Origin: Callorhinchus milii
Lineage: Eukaryota
Assembly: GCF_018977255.1 (NCBI RefSeq)
Contig: NW_024704743.1
Coordinates: forward strand, 24,802,001 to 24,866,000
Length of the DNA: 64,000 bases
Reading direction: 5' to 3'
The translations under genes were made by a program, and so were the position numbers. Under the pieces are notes generated by a model. The model saw only the letters and a list, made by a program, of their open reading frames with translations, did no database searches and was not told the DNA's origin. Below, piece by piece: positions 50,020-64,000 of the stretch. Within the stretch, counting starts at the first letter, position 1. Each line of letters opens with the position of its first letter.

Positions 50020-50397
50020 AGAAACATATAAGTTTCTTATGGGGCTTGACAGAGTAGACAGTGTGTGACGGTTTCCCCTGGTACGAGAATCTATAACTAG
50101 GAGTGACAGTCTTAAGATTAAGGGTCAGCCCTTTCGAACAGAGTTGAGGAAACACTTCTTCACTCAGAGGGTAGTGAATTTATGGAATTCTCTATCCCAG
50201 AAGGCTGTAGATGCTCAGTCCTTGAACATATTCAAGACTGAGAATGATAGATTTCTAAAGAATAGAGGGATTAAGGGATATGGGGATAAGGCGGGAAGAT
50301 GGAGTTAGGTTAGAAGATCAGCCATTATCTTATTGAATGGCGGGACAGGCTCGAGAGGCCGAATGGGCTACTCCTGCTTCTAATTCCTATGTTCCTA
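50020..50397 (+). mobile_element. CR1 3' fragment
   Basis: TTCTTCACTCAGAGGGTAGTGAATTTATGGAATTC...GGCCGAATGGGCTACTCCTGC, (CCTATGTT) tail. Confidence 0.8.
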
Positions 50398-50984
50398 GAT
50401 TGTAATGCCAAAATGAAGGGATTTTTGTCATTTGCACTAAATCCACAAGTTTTACATTGCCTCAGCAATTTGAGAGGGAGCACAATGCAGTTAGATGTCT
50501 TCATACTTGCACAAATCAGCAGAAATGTATTTATCTTTGCTACCCAATAAAAGGCAAAAAAGCCACGAGATGCAAGAGAATATCGAAGACCTTTTTCCTG
50601 ATCTTTCTACCAATTCTGGCATCATTATTTGGGTAACGGATTTCACATAAATTAATTGATAATAATATTTGCGGATGCATCATTGAATAACTTACAATTA
50701 TTAAGTACAATGTTATGCACAGATTTTGAAATGTAAAAAAATGCCAAATCCATGTCACTCTAAACCATATATACAAAACTTTCAGATATTGCTAACCAGT
50801 CAACCATTTCAATGGGCAAAACGTCTGAACATGTATTATCGCTCCCTTCATACACAATCATCTGCTAATTTAGCCTCGAGGCAGGGTGCTGAAAGTGGAC
50901 AGCATGGCGTAATTGCTACAGGAAGCCTAGAAGCACGGTGAATATTTCATAATAAAAATCCAATCTAATTTTAAGTGAGGATAT

Positions 50985-52438
50985 AATAATATAATAATCC
51001 TTGCATTTGAAAAAGTGCCTTATCACATCCTTTAGATGTCTCAAAGCGCTTCACAGAATATACCGTAAAATGAATTGACTGTATATTTTGTGGGTGATAT
51101 GCGACAGCAAATTGTCATGGATTGAGTGACAAAATTATTATATTTTAACAACAACAACAACAAGATTCCATTTATAAAGCGCCTTTCACGTCAGGAGGAC
51201 GTCCCAAGCCGCTGCACAGTTGGGTCATGACCCGAGCAGGGGGGAAATGGTCAGGGTGTGGGGAGGGGAGGGAGCGAGGAGGGGGGAAATGGTCAGGGTG
51301 AGGGGAGGGATGGGAGGGAGCGAGAAGGGGGAAGAGAGTCGAGAGGGGAGCTGAAGGCTCGGTCAAAGGGAAAACAGATTATTATCCACGGAAAAGCGAT
51401 TACCCCCACCAATCGATTAACAACCGGTTCCTGCACATCAAGTCTGGATGAGAGCTAACTTTGTTCAGTTGAACATCACCAAGACCGAGGCCATCCTGAT
51501 TGGCTCCATACCTCATGTGCTGACAGCATCACCATCCACGGATGCACACTCCACCTCACTGAGCCAGTCCAGAACCTTGGCGTCTTGTTTGACCCTCAAC
51601 TATCCTTTCTACCCCACATCCATGCCATGACCCGCTCTGCCTTCCCCCACCTCAGCAACATCACCCAGTTCCACCTCTGTCTTACACCGCAGGCTGCCGA
51701 GACCCTCATATACGCATTCATAACATCCAGGCTTGACTGTCCAAACTCCTTGCTTGTCGCCTCCCCAACTCCTCCCTCCAAAGGCTGCAGATCATCCAGA
51801 ACTCTGCAGCCCATGTTATCTCCCGCACCAGGCTCCATGATCCGATCACCCCCATCCTCACCCGACTCCACTGGATTCCCATCACACAAAGGATACAGTT
51901 CAAGATCCTGGTCTTCACCTTCAAAGCCCTCCATGGCCTTGCTCCCCCCTACCTCTGCAACCTCCTAACCCTCTAACATCCTACTCGCTCCCTCCACTCT
52001 GCTTCACGTCCCCCGCCTCGTCTGCCCCATCATTGGCAGGCGGGCCTTCTGCCACTCTGCCCTCACCCTCTGGAACACCATCCCACAGTCCTTCTGCCTT
52101 GCCCCCTTCCTTACCTCCTTCAAGACAAATCTCAAGACCCTTCTCTTCAACCATGCTTTCGATGACCCCACTTCCCCCTCCCTGTCGTCCATCCTCCCTA
52201 ATCCCAATCCCCAGCTCGGATCCAAAACACTGACTGTCCAGCACCTTGGGACATCCTCCTGACGTGAAAGGCGCTATATAAATGTAATTTTGTTGTTGGT
52301 GTTGTTCCTACTTACTGCTAGGTAAATATAGGCGTATGGAGTAAGGAAATTTACCTAACTTATCACCCTGCCCGGGAATCAAACTCAAGTCCTCTCGCTT
52401 GCGAGGTGAGTGCTCTAACTAATACTCTACAGGACTCC
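50985..52438 (-). mobile_element. tRNA-SINE split into three pieces by two L2 insertions
   Basis: SINE tail 50985-51146, middle 51378-51432, head 52304-52438. Confidence 0.8.
51433..52303 (+). mobile_element. 5'-truncated L2 nested in the SINE
   Basis: [26 protein letters not shown]; flanked by GTTCCT on both sides. Confidence 0.88.
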
Positions 52439-52659
52439 ACAATCTGAAATGTAATTTGTAACCTGCATGTTTGCTAACCACCGGAGTTCAACTACGTGGT
52501 CTTTGAGTGTGCCCACATGTCACTACTATGAATTTGTTTTCTAGTCCATGTTTGCCTTATAATCACCTACAGTTTTATCACTTTGAACAACCTGCTATTA
52601 CATTTGCATTTGTGGTGACAAGCATTGAATATTTTGGGAACTTTATACTTTAATCAGTG

Positions 52660-53280
52660 TGGAGCCAGTGTGGAACCTTGTTGCCTGTTCAACTCTCAAC
52701 TGTCCTTTAAACCTCACATCCATGCTCAGACCCACTAACTTTCTACGCCAACTCTCTGCTCAATGGATTATCCAAATCTTACCTCCACAAGCTGCAGAAT
52801 ATCCAGAACTCTGCAGATCATGTTCCTTCCCACCTTAACTCTAACCCCGATCGATCCTCGCTCAAAACCACTGGCTCCCAATCCCCAGCAGATTAAGTTC
52901 AAGATCATCGTCCTCGCTTTTAAATTCTTCCATGGTCTAGCCCAACCTATGACCTTCTCAAGCCCTTCATTTGGTGGGCGCCAGCCTGCTGTGTCCCGCC
53001 CTACCCATCCCACCAATGGTAGTCGGGCTTTCAGCCTATCTGCCCCCACTTTCTGGAACTCCATCCTAGAGTCCCTACTAATTGACCCATCCCTTGCCTC
53101 CTTCAAGGCCTATCTCAATACATTCCTCTTTGACTGCACCTTTGGTCATCTTTCCTCCATCTGTTCCCTTGTCCCCCACCCCGCTTAGCTCCCACTCCCA
53201 GTTTGGGTGGAAATCCTGGACTGTGCAGTGCCTTAGGATGTCCTTCTCATTTGAAAGATGCTGAACAAATGTGTTGTTAT
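52660..53280 (+). mobile_element. Old L2 3' fragment
   Basis: IKFKIIVLAFK...SRAFSLSAPTFWNS...FKAYLNTFLF. Confidence 0.75.
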
Positions 53281-55339
53281 ATCAATAAAATTAGTTTATA
53301 AGTGCATTTTGGACCTTACTGCAAACATCTACAGTAGTACATCAATTGGATTGAATGGATCGCTGTTTCAAAGACTCAGTGGACTGAATGGGCTTCTTCT
53401 GTGCTGTTCTGCAGTTCTGTAGGATCCATAAATAAGACATGTTTGCTTGCTTCTTAAAATAAATGGAAAGAAAACATTTGCACTAAAACAGATTACCAGC
53501 AATGGGTTGTGCTGCTCAAATAATTCAGAGATGTTAACATTATTCAGTTGACAAGGGATGTGCATTTATTCATCACGAATTAGTTTGATTAATCTAGACA
53601 TGAAGCAAAAAACTCAAGCTAATGTGAATTGACTTTTTTTTGGAAGGAGAGGGAAAAGACCAACTTCTCCCTCAGAGGAAATAACTAACACATTGGATTA
53701 ATGCTGAACATGGAGGAAACAGGAAATTAAGTGAAGCAGCATAAAATGTTAATTTTTTAGCTTTCAGTGATTATTAAGGTTATTTAGATTTATATGTTTC
53801 TAACGCCTAGTCATATCTTCCTGTATGGGTTTAATTAAAAAAGTTCTGCCAGTGGGCTAAATGCACCATTTGAAATAATTATTAAGGAGTGGATCCAATC
53901 AATTTAGATAAGGCTGCAAATTCCAAGATTATTAATCTTTTGAACCACATCCGTTTTAAATCAGGCCTGGATCAAGATTTAATATAGTAGCTCAGTACAT
54001 TCTTGACTGTTGCTTTCGCAATTAAACAAAATTCTTTATGTGAAATGGTTGAGACTGTATTATCTTTTAAAAGGGAATTAAGTAAATATCTAAAAAGGAT
54101 TAATTATAATAATCCCTGCATTTGATATAGTGCCTTATCACATCATTGAGATGTCTCAAAGCTCTTCACAGGATATACTGTAAAGTGGATTGACTGTAGA
54201 CTTTGTAGGTAAAAAGCGACAGCCAGTTGTGCACAGCAATGTCCCACAAACAGCCATGGAAGGAGTGATCAATTGTATTTGAGGGATTGTTGGCCAGGAC
54301 ACTAGGAGAAACTCCTTTCTATTTTAGGATAGTGCAATGGGAAATATGAAAAGAAATGGCGAAAAGGCAAGAACATGGAACTAAATGCTTAGCTCTTTCG
54401 GAAAACCAGCACAAAGGACCAAATAGTGGTGTATCTCCATAAATCTCTACGATTCTTTATATCTTACTGATAATTGATAATGTGAATCATCTATATTAAC
54501 ATTTTTGACTGATCAGAGTTATCCAGGGAATATTCTACAATGTATGTGTGTGTGAAAATGTAACATAACTGATGTATGAAATGTATTGAATGAATCTGAA
54601 GTTGTTTTCAATCTAAGTGTCGGATTCTGGTGGTATGCAAATATTAATAATGTTAGCCACCTGTTTGCCATCTGTAACATGGCCAATACAGATAGCGATG
54701 AGACAAAATATTATGATTTGACCATTACAACAAGCAGAATCTATAACTTATATTATTATTCAAATTCAAATTATTAATTGAAAAAGAAGAATAATGGTTA
54801 TGAAAAATCTACAGGAGATTGGGATTAGATTAAGTGGCTCATGTGGAGAAAAACCCTAATGGAGACTTGATGGGCCAAATGGCCTGGTTTGGTAATGTAA
54901 CATGATGATTCCATCATGTAATGCAGAGTGATTGATGTCGATTTTGAAAATCTACATGCTGCTAGCCTAATTTGTAGATATGTATGTTATTTAGATGAAT
55001 TTTGGGTAAACAATCATCATTCATTTTATCTATAGTTTTTGCCTATGCCTCTTTCAATAGATAACCCTAGTCTTTTGGGGTCCTGTACATTCTTACGTTT
55101 TATATTCTAGAAAGAAATGATTTGACGCAGTGTTAAGAACATCTGGGTAAACGGAGTTGAGGTACAGATCACACATGATAACAATAATCCTTGCATTTGA
55201 TATAATTAAATCGTCGAGACGTCAAAGCGCGATGATCTAATGGAATAGTGTAACTAGCTCAAGGGGCTGAATGGCCTACACCTGTTCCTATGTTCCTACC
55301 TAAAGTAACATTATTGACTTTCCCAGAAGTGTAACCTGT

Positions 55340-56200
55340 ATCAACAACAACAAAAACAAAATTACATTTGTATCATTTGTATAGCAGCTTTCAGGTCGGG
55401 AGGACATCCCAGGGCGCTGGACAGACAGAGTTTCGGACCCAAGCTGGGGGTCAGTGTCAAGGGGTGTGGAGTGCAGTGGGGGAAGCAGGGAGATTGAAAA
55501 CACGGTCGAAGAGGAGGATCTTGAGATGGGGCTTGAAGGAGGCAAGGGAGGGGGCGAGGCAGATGGATTTCCAGAGGGTGGGGGCAGTGTAGCAGAAGGC
55601 CTGGCCACCAAGAGTGGGGTGAGCAAGGTGGGGGGGGACATGAAGCAGGCAGGAACCCGCTGAGCAGAGGGAGCAAGCAGAATGTTAGGGGGTTAGGAGG
55701 TTGCGGAGGTAGGGGGAGCAAGACCATGGAGGGCTTTGAAGATGAGGACCAGGATCTTGAACTGTATCCTCTGTGTGATGGGAAGCCAGTGGAGTCGGGC
55801 GAGGATGGGAGTGGTAGGGTCACAGAACCTGGTGCGGGAAAGGACGCGGGGTTCAGAGTTCTGGATGATCTGCAGCCTATGGAGGGAAGAGTTGGGGAGG
55901 CCGACAAGCAGTAAGTTTGCGTAATCAAACCTCAATGTAATGATGGCGTATATGAGGGCTTTGGCGGCCTGCGGTGTGAGACAGTGTCGGAGCCGGGCGA
56001 CATTGCAGAGGTGAAGGAATGCAGAGCGGGTCATGGCGCAGATGTGGGGTAGAAAGGATAGTTGAGGATCAAACAAGACCCCAGGGTTCTGGACTGGCTT
56101 AGCAAGGTGGAGTGTGCAACCATGGATGGTGATGTTGTCAGCGCCTGAGGTGAGAAGGCGCTGACGGGAGCCAATCAGGAGAGCCTTGGTCTTGTTGACG
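55340..56200 (-). mobile_element. 5'-truncated L2 LINE
   Basis: ORF 55693..56076 [11 protein letters not shown]...LHWLPITQRIQFKIL. Confidence 0.9.
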
Positions 56201-57807
56201 TGAATCAGGAACTAAAGAGTACTCAAGGCATCACTGTCACTTACTTATCCCAAGTTCTCCCATTCCAGCCCGCAAATAGATTGCATTTTAAATGATGCGC
56301 CCAATTACTGCAACCGCTCCGTCTATTTGTGCAAAATAAACCACCTAATTGAAAAATACTTTCAAACGGGAATTGCACAGAAGATATGCATAATGGCAAA
56401 CACACAGCAAGGAGTGAGTGTTTGTCATGCTAGTGTACACTGAAGGCTAGTTTAATTCCATTTATTGTCGTGTAGTTTCACCCCATGCTGGTTTAAACAA
56501 CATGAAGGAAAAAATACATACTTTGTCATTCTTCCATTTAGAGCTGGTTAAGAATTTCCATTGGGACATCCATGTCCATACCTGTATGATTCCGTAGACC
56601 CTTGGAAAGATCAAGAATCACATACATTAATTGCTCTGTCATGTGAAATAGATTTCATTACATGGAACAATTATTCTGTCATATGGAATATCTGACGTCA
56701 AGCCTAGAATTATTAAAGATACTTTATTATTTAGATATGTCAATGAAAATTATCGAATTACCTAGTAATTAACTAATTTGCAAATTTGCAATATATAAAA
56801 ATTGTAACATCTACTTTATTCTATTATAACATGTTTTTTTCTCTAGAGGATAAAACACTGAACTTGAAAATGTGCTTTTATACATAGAGGTGTATAAAAA
56901 CTTAAATGGGATTGAAATACTTTAGAATACAGCAAAACAATGAAACAAGAGAACATAGATTTAAGGGAAATGTAAAGGGAAATTTCAGGACAGATACCAG
57001 GTAATTTTGTTTACACAGAAGGTAATTAATACCTTGCCATGAAAGGTGATAGAAGACAGAATACTGGATTAATTTAAAACATAGCTTGATGCTGTGATAG
57101 GGAAATGGTAGGGTAGGTGTTCTAGGCAGATGAGATGTGTTGGGAGAAAGGTGAGTGTTTGGTGTTTGCCCTACTTGCAAAACCTGCAAAAACTTACATT
57201 CCTCATTCCTGCAAAAAAGACACATAGAAAGCATAACAAACAAGATGTCTGCTGTTTCAGGTTAAAAAGGGGGAAATCTATGTGCCTACTTCCACCTTTA
57301 AACTATATCACTGTTGATGTTCCTACAATTTCAATCCTTCAAACTGGCAAAAGCTAAACTACTTTGATTACCTATTTATAGCTTTACAGTTTTCCATGAG
57401 CATCACTGTCAAACAAAACAAACGTTGGAGGCAGTTAGAATAATTGAAAATCTGCAATTTATTTTTGAATGTTAATAAATAAAAAGGAATAAATATTCCG
57501 AAGTATTACTGGGTCAAAGGAGAAAAGAGAGAGAGGGAGTTAATTTCATATCACTATTCAACCCAACAAAAAACCCAACCCAACAAGAAACTTTACCACA
57601 AGCAAGTCATACTCAACTCTCCACAAATAAAAGTTTAAGAATCAAGCCAGCATCCTCTCCACCATATTGCTAAGTGTTGTGGTTGAGTGTTGCTTTTGTT
57701 GTAAGTGTTTTTGTTGTCGTTAGAGTAGTGAGTGTTGTTAGTATTGTTAATATTGTTATAGACGTAAGTGTTGCTGTTGTAAGTGTTGTTATTGGTGTAA
57801 GTTGTTT

Positions 57808-58175
57808 GGAGTCCTGTAGCTCAGTGGTTAGAACACTCGTCTTGCAAGCGAGAGACTAGGTTCAATTCCCGGCGAGGCAAAATGTTGGGCATATTTCCTT
57901 ACTCCACGTACCTCTGTTTACAAAGCAGTAAATAGGAACTCGGCTGTTAGTCTATTGGCAGCTCACTTTTCCAGGGGTAATAATTCCTTCAAAAGATTAA
58001 CAATAATAAATTGGTCACTTCGATCCACGACTGTTTGTGGGACACTGCTGTATACTGCTGCAGCATTTCGCCCACAAAAAATACAGTCAATTCACTTTAC
58101 AGTATGTTCTGTGAAGCGCTGTGAGACAGCTTGAAGATGTGATAAGGCGTTATATCAAATCCAAGGATTATTTAT
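57808..58175 (+). mobile_element. tRNA-SINE (long form)
   Basis: Full copy inside the GTT tract. Confidence 0.88.
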
Positions 58176-58701
58176 TATATTTATTATATGTGTTGTTATT
58201 GTTACAGTTGTAAATGTTGTGGTTGTAAGTGTTGTAAGAGTTGTTATTGTTGTAAGAGTAGTGGTTGTAAAGTATTATTGTTCTAAGTGTTATTGATATA
58301 AGTGTTGTGGTTGTAAAATATTGTTGTAAGTGTTGGAATAGTTGTTATTGTAAGTGTTGCAAGAGATATTATTGTTGGAAGTGTTGTGGTTGTAAAGTAT
58401 TATTGTTGTAAAGTGTTATTGTTGGAAGTGTTGTGGTTATATGTGTTGTTCAGTTGTATTATTGTAAGTGTTGTTGAGAAATATAATCGTAAGTGTTGCT
58501 GTTGTAAGTGATATAATTGTAAGTATATAGTTGTAAGTGTTATAAATGATATAGTTGTGAGTGTTACTGCTGTAAGTGATATAGTTGTGCGTTGTTATTC
58601 TTGTAAGTGATCTAGTTGTGAATGTTGTTGTTATAGTTGTAAGTGTTATAGTTGTAAGTGTTACAGTTGTAAGTGCTGTAAATGTTATTGTTGTCAGTGA
58701 T

Positions 58702-58995
58702 ATAATAATAATAATCCTTGCATTTGATATAGAGCTTTTCACGTCTTCTCGACGTCTCAAAGCACTTCACAGAATAGACTGTAAAGTGAATTGACCGTAT
58801 ATTTGTGGGCAAAACACAGCAGCCAATTGCGCACAGCAGTGTCCCACAAACAGTCTTGGATTGAAAATGACCAATTTATTATTGTTTTGTTTTTTGGAGG
58901 GATTATTATTCGGCGTGAGGATTAGGAAACTTGCCCAAGGTTTCGCCCTGTCTGGAATTGTACCCAGGTGTCTCGCTTGTAAGGCGAATGCTCTA
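58702..58995 (-). mobile_element. tRNA-SINE (short form)
   Basis: Reverse-complement full copy inside the GTT tract. Confidence 0.88.
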
Positions 58996-60439
58996 ACCAC
59001 TGAGCTACAGGTCTCCAGGTGTATATAGGTGTAAGTGTTATTGTTGTAAGTGATACAGTTGTTGTAAGTAATATAGTTGTGAGTGACATAGTTGTAAGTG
59101 ATATGGTTGTGAGTGCTGTTGTTGTTGTAAGTGATATAGATGTGAGTGTTATTGTCATTGAAATAGATGTGATTGCTATTGTTCTTGTTGTAGGTGATAT
59201 AGTTGTGAGTGTTATTGGTATTGTTGTAAGTGATATAGTTGTGTGTTGTTATGATATAGTTGTGTGTAAGTGATATACTTGTGAATGTTGTTGTTATTGG
59301 TATAAGCGTTATATTTGTAAATGTTATAGTTGTAGGTGTTGTTGTAAGTGTTATTGTTGTCAGTGATAAAGGTGTAAGTGTTATTGTTGTGATATAATTG
59401 TTGTTGTGAGTGACATAGTTGTAAGTGATACAGTTGTGAGTGCTGTTGTTGTTGTAAGTGATATAGATGTGAGTGCATTTTTGTTGTTGTTAGTGATATA
59501 GATGTGAATGTTGTTATTGTTAGTGATATGGCTGTGAGTGTTGTTGTTGTTAGTGCTGTGGCTGTTGTTGTTGTTAGTGCTGTGGCTGTTGTTAGTGCTG
59601 TGGCTGTTGTTGTTAGTGCTGTGGCTGTTGTTGTTAGTGCTGTGGCTGTTGTTGTTGTTAGTGCTGTGGCTGTTGTTAGTGCTGTTGTTGTTGTTAGTGC
59701 TGTGGCTGTTGTTAGTGCTGTGGCTGTTGTTAGTGCTGTGGTTGTTGTTAGTGCTGTGGCTGTTGTTAGTGCTGTGGCTGTTGTTAGTGCTGTGGCTGTT
59801 GTTAGTGCTGTGGCTGTTGTTAGTGATGTGGCTGCTGTTGGTGGTGGTGCTGTGGCTGTGGGTGTTGTTAGTGCTGTGGTTGTTGCTGGGCTGTGGCTCC
59901 GGGTGTTGTTAGTGCTGTGGCTGTTGCTGGGCTGTGGCTGTGGGTGTTGTTAGTGCTGTGGCTGGGCTATGGCTGGTGTTGGGCTGTGGCTGTGGCGCTG
60001 GCTCAGGAGGTGGGTGTGTTGTTGTGGCTGTGTGTTGGGCTGTGGCTGGTGTTGGGCTATGGCCGTGTGTGTTGTTGTGGCTGTGGCTGGTGTGTGGCTA
60101 TGGCCGTGTGTGTGTTGTTGTGGCTGTGGCTGGTGTGTGGCTATGGCTGTGTGTGGGGCTGTGGCTGGTGTTGGGCTGTGGCTGGTGTGGCGCCATGGCT
60201 GTGTGTGGGGCTGTGACTGGTGTTGGGCTGTGACTGTGTGTGTGGGGCTGTGGCTGGTGTTGGGCTGTGGCTGTGTGTGTGGCTGTGGCTGTGTGTGGGG
60301 CTGTGTGTGTGGCTGTGACTGGTGTGGGGCTGTGGCTGGTGTGGGGCTGTGGCTGTGTGTGGGGCTGTGGCTGTGTGTTGGGCTGTGGCTGTGTGTTGGG
60401 CTGTGTGTGGGGCTGTGGCTCAGGAGGTGGGTGTGCTGA

Positions 60440-60804
60440 GCTGGAGCCCCGCCTCGCAGTGTCGGGGCGGCAGGTGAGCGCTGGGCTCCTGAGCAGCTCC
60501 AGCATCGCGGAGCCAGGTAGATGTCGGGCGGCGGCTGGTAGAAACCGGTGAGAAACTGCACCGATCTTTAATTAATTTTGCGCATGAACTTCTTTAACGC
60601 CCGAAAGAAAACAACGCAGGGTATATCCTGTCGAGGCACATGAGCAATTACTTTTTTTTGTGTGTGTGCAAATAACTTTGCAGGTTTAATTCTTTATGCA
60701 ATGTCCCGAGGACAACTAATAATAATGATTTGTTTCTTTCTGGGACCTAGGCAACATATTGACCTTCGGGGGTGAAAATACAAACTCTTGGGAAATGTAT
60801 AAAA
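60440..60804 (+). promoter_or_regulatory. Candidate COL6A1-like promoter: CpG-rich patch with GC boxes, plus TATAAAA
   Basis: CCCCGCC 60447-60453, GGGGCGG 60464-60470, GGGCGG 60526-60531, TATAAAA 60798-60804; about 200-560 bp upstream of the ATG. Confidence 0.45.
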
Positions 60805-61007
60805 GTTGCTGCTTTACAGAAAATACCACTTAACATGTATATGTTTGATACAGAACATTTCTTCTTCTGCAAAGTCTCCCAGCGGTGTACTGACCTGACC
60901 GCATGTTCTGTTTTTTCTTTAATGTTTAAGTCATTGTCGGTCTGAGTGGTCACAAAAATAAAGATCTCGCATTTGGAAGCAACACGCAGAAAAAAAACAC
61001 CTTGAAG

Positions 61008-63166
<2,159 letters not shown>

Positions 63167-64000
63167 TGAAAACTGTTAAAAATATATAACCATTTTAATT
63201 CTGTATTGCATGCACTGTGGTATGTTTTCGACATAAAATATGATAATAAAAGATTCCATTCAACTTTAATAGTCTAATAGTAGACCCAGTTGCTACACCA
63301 CTAATGTCTGTAATTCCTCCCTTTACCTCTCCATGGCCCACCCCCACCCCCATCTATCTTTAAATCATGCCTAAAAACATATCTCTTTAACAACATTTGC
63401 AGTCATCTCCCCGTGCCCTGTACTCCTCCACTTTTCCCTTGTTCTGTGGAATTACTTCAGTCATTCACTTTATAGTTGTTTGTGATACATTGGTGGTGCA
63501 AATTGCTGCTGTGTGCCTTCAAAAACAGTCCCATTGCTTGACTGAGAAGCACCTTGAGGCGCCCCAACATAATAAGGTGCACTGAAAACATCAGGGCCAT
63601 TACATGAAACAATACGTTACCTTTATATGCAGAAAGTAATAGGCAAACTTAATATATTTCTAAAACAACCATTTGCCTGCAAAATTTGTGGCTTATTCAT
63701 AGGATGCCTTGATTCATTTTTCAGGTTATTTGTGCTTCCAGAAACCAAAAGGGTTGAATTTGGATATTTCATATCCTAACAACTCTCTGTGCAAAAACAA
63801 ATCCCCAGTCACTTTGGTTCCTTATTAATTGTCTTAAATTGTAATTTATATATGAGAATAAACTGTATACGATTTCTAGTAGTTTATGTTGCTGATGGCC
63901 ACCTACTTAAGATTATCATCCTGTAATAATTATAGTCTGTAACTATTCTCTATCAATATAAACAAAATACTTTATAATAAGTTATCAAATAGAACATTTA

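Larger units (their letters stand above)
57670..60435 (+). repeat. G+T-rich compound tandem / low-complexity tract
   Basis: (GTTGTAAGT)-type, then (GTTAGTGCTGTGGCTGTT)-type, then (GGGCTGTGGCTGTGTGT)-type units. Confidence 0.95.

Noticed and set aside
59520..59900. Telomeric repeat
   Set aside because: The units contain TTAGTG, not tandem TTAGGG.
58437..60561. Val/Leu/Cys-rich, mucin-like or antifreeze-like ORFs
   Set aside because: They come from low-complexity repeat, are open in many frames on both strands, and have no splice or domain support.

Overview
This is vertebrate genomic DNA. The L2, CR1 and tRNA-SINE repeat landscape suggests a cartilaginous fish, possibly a holocephalan (inference, not proven). 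Two collagen VI genes lie head-to-head. (1) On the minus strand is a long-chain COL6A4/5/6-type gene. I reconstructed 17 coding exons by hand (30034 down to 5403; 5664 nt = 1888 codons, all splice phases consistent): a signal peptide, nine N-terminal VWA domains and the start of the triple helix. The rest lies beyond the window start or is missing. Its helix has two Gly-position substitutions (Val, Glu) and one GC-AG intron. (2) On the plus strand are exons 1-4 of a COL6A1-like gene (61008-63133), preceded by a CpG/GC-box patch and a 2.7 kb G+T-rich tandem tract. Introns and intergenic DNA contain many truncated L2 and CR1 LINEs, more than 15 copies of a tRNA-Ala-derived SINE in two subfamilies, a 1.4 kb internally deleted Gypsy-type LTR element with both outer ends intact, and a near-perfect 53 x 26 bp CpG-rich minisatellite. 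I found no prokaryotic features and no CRISPR. Comparisons to mammalian collagen sequences are from memory and need alignment.
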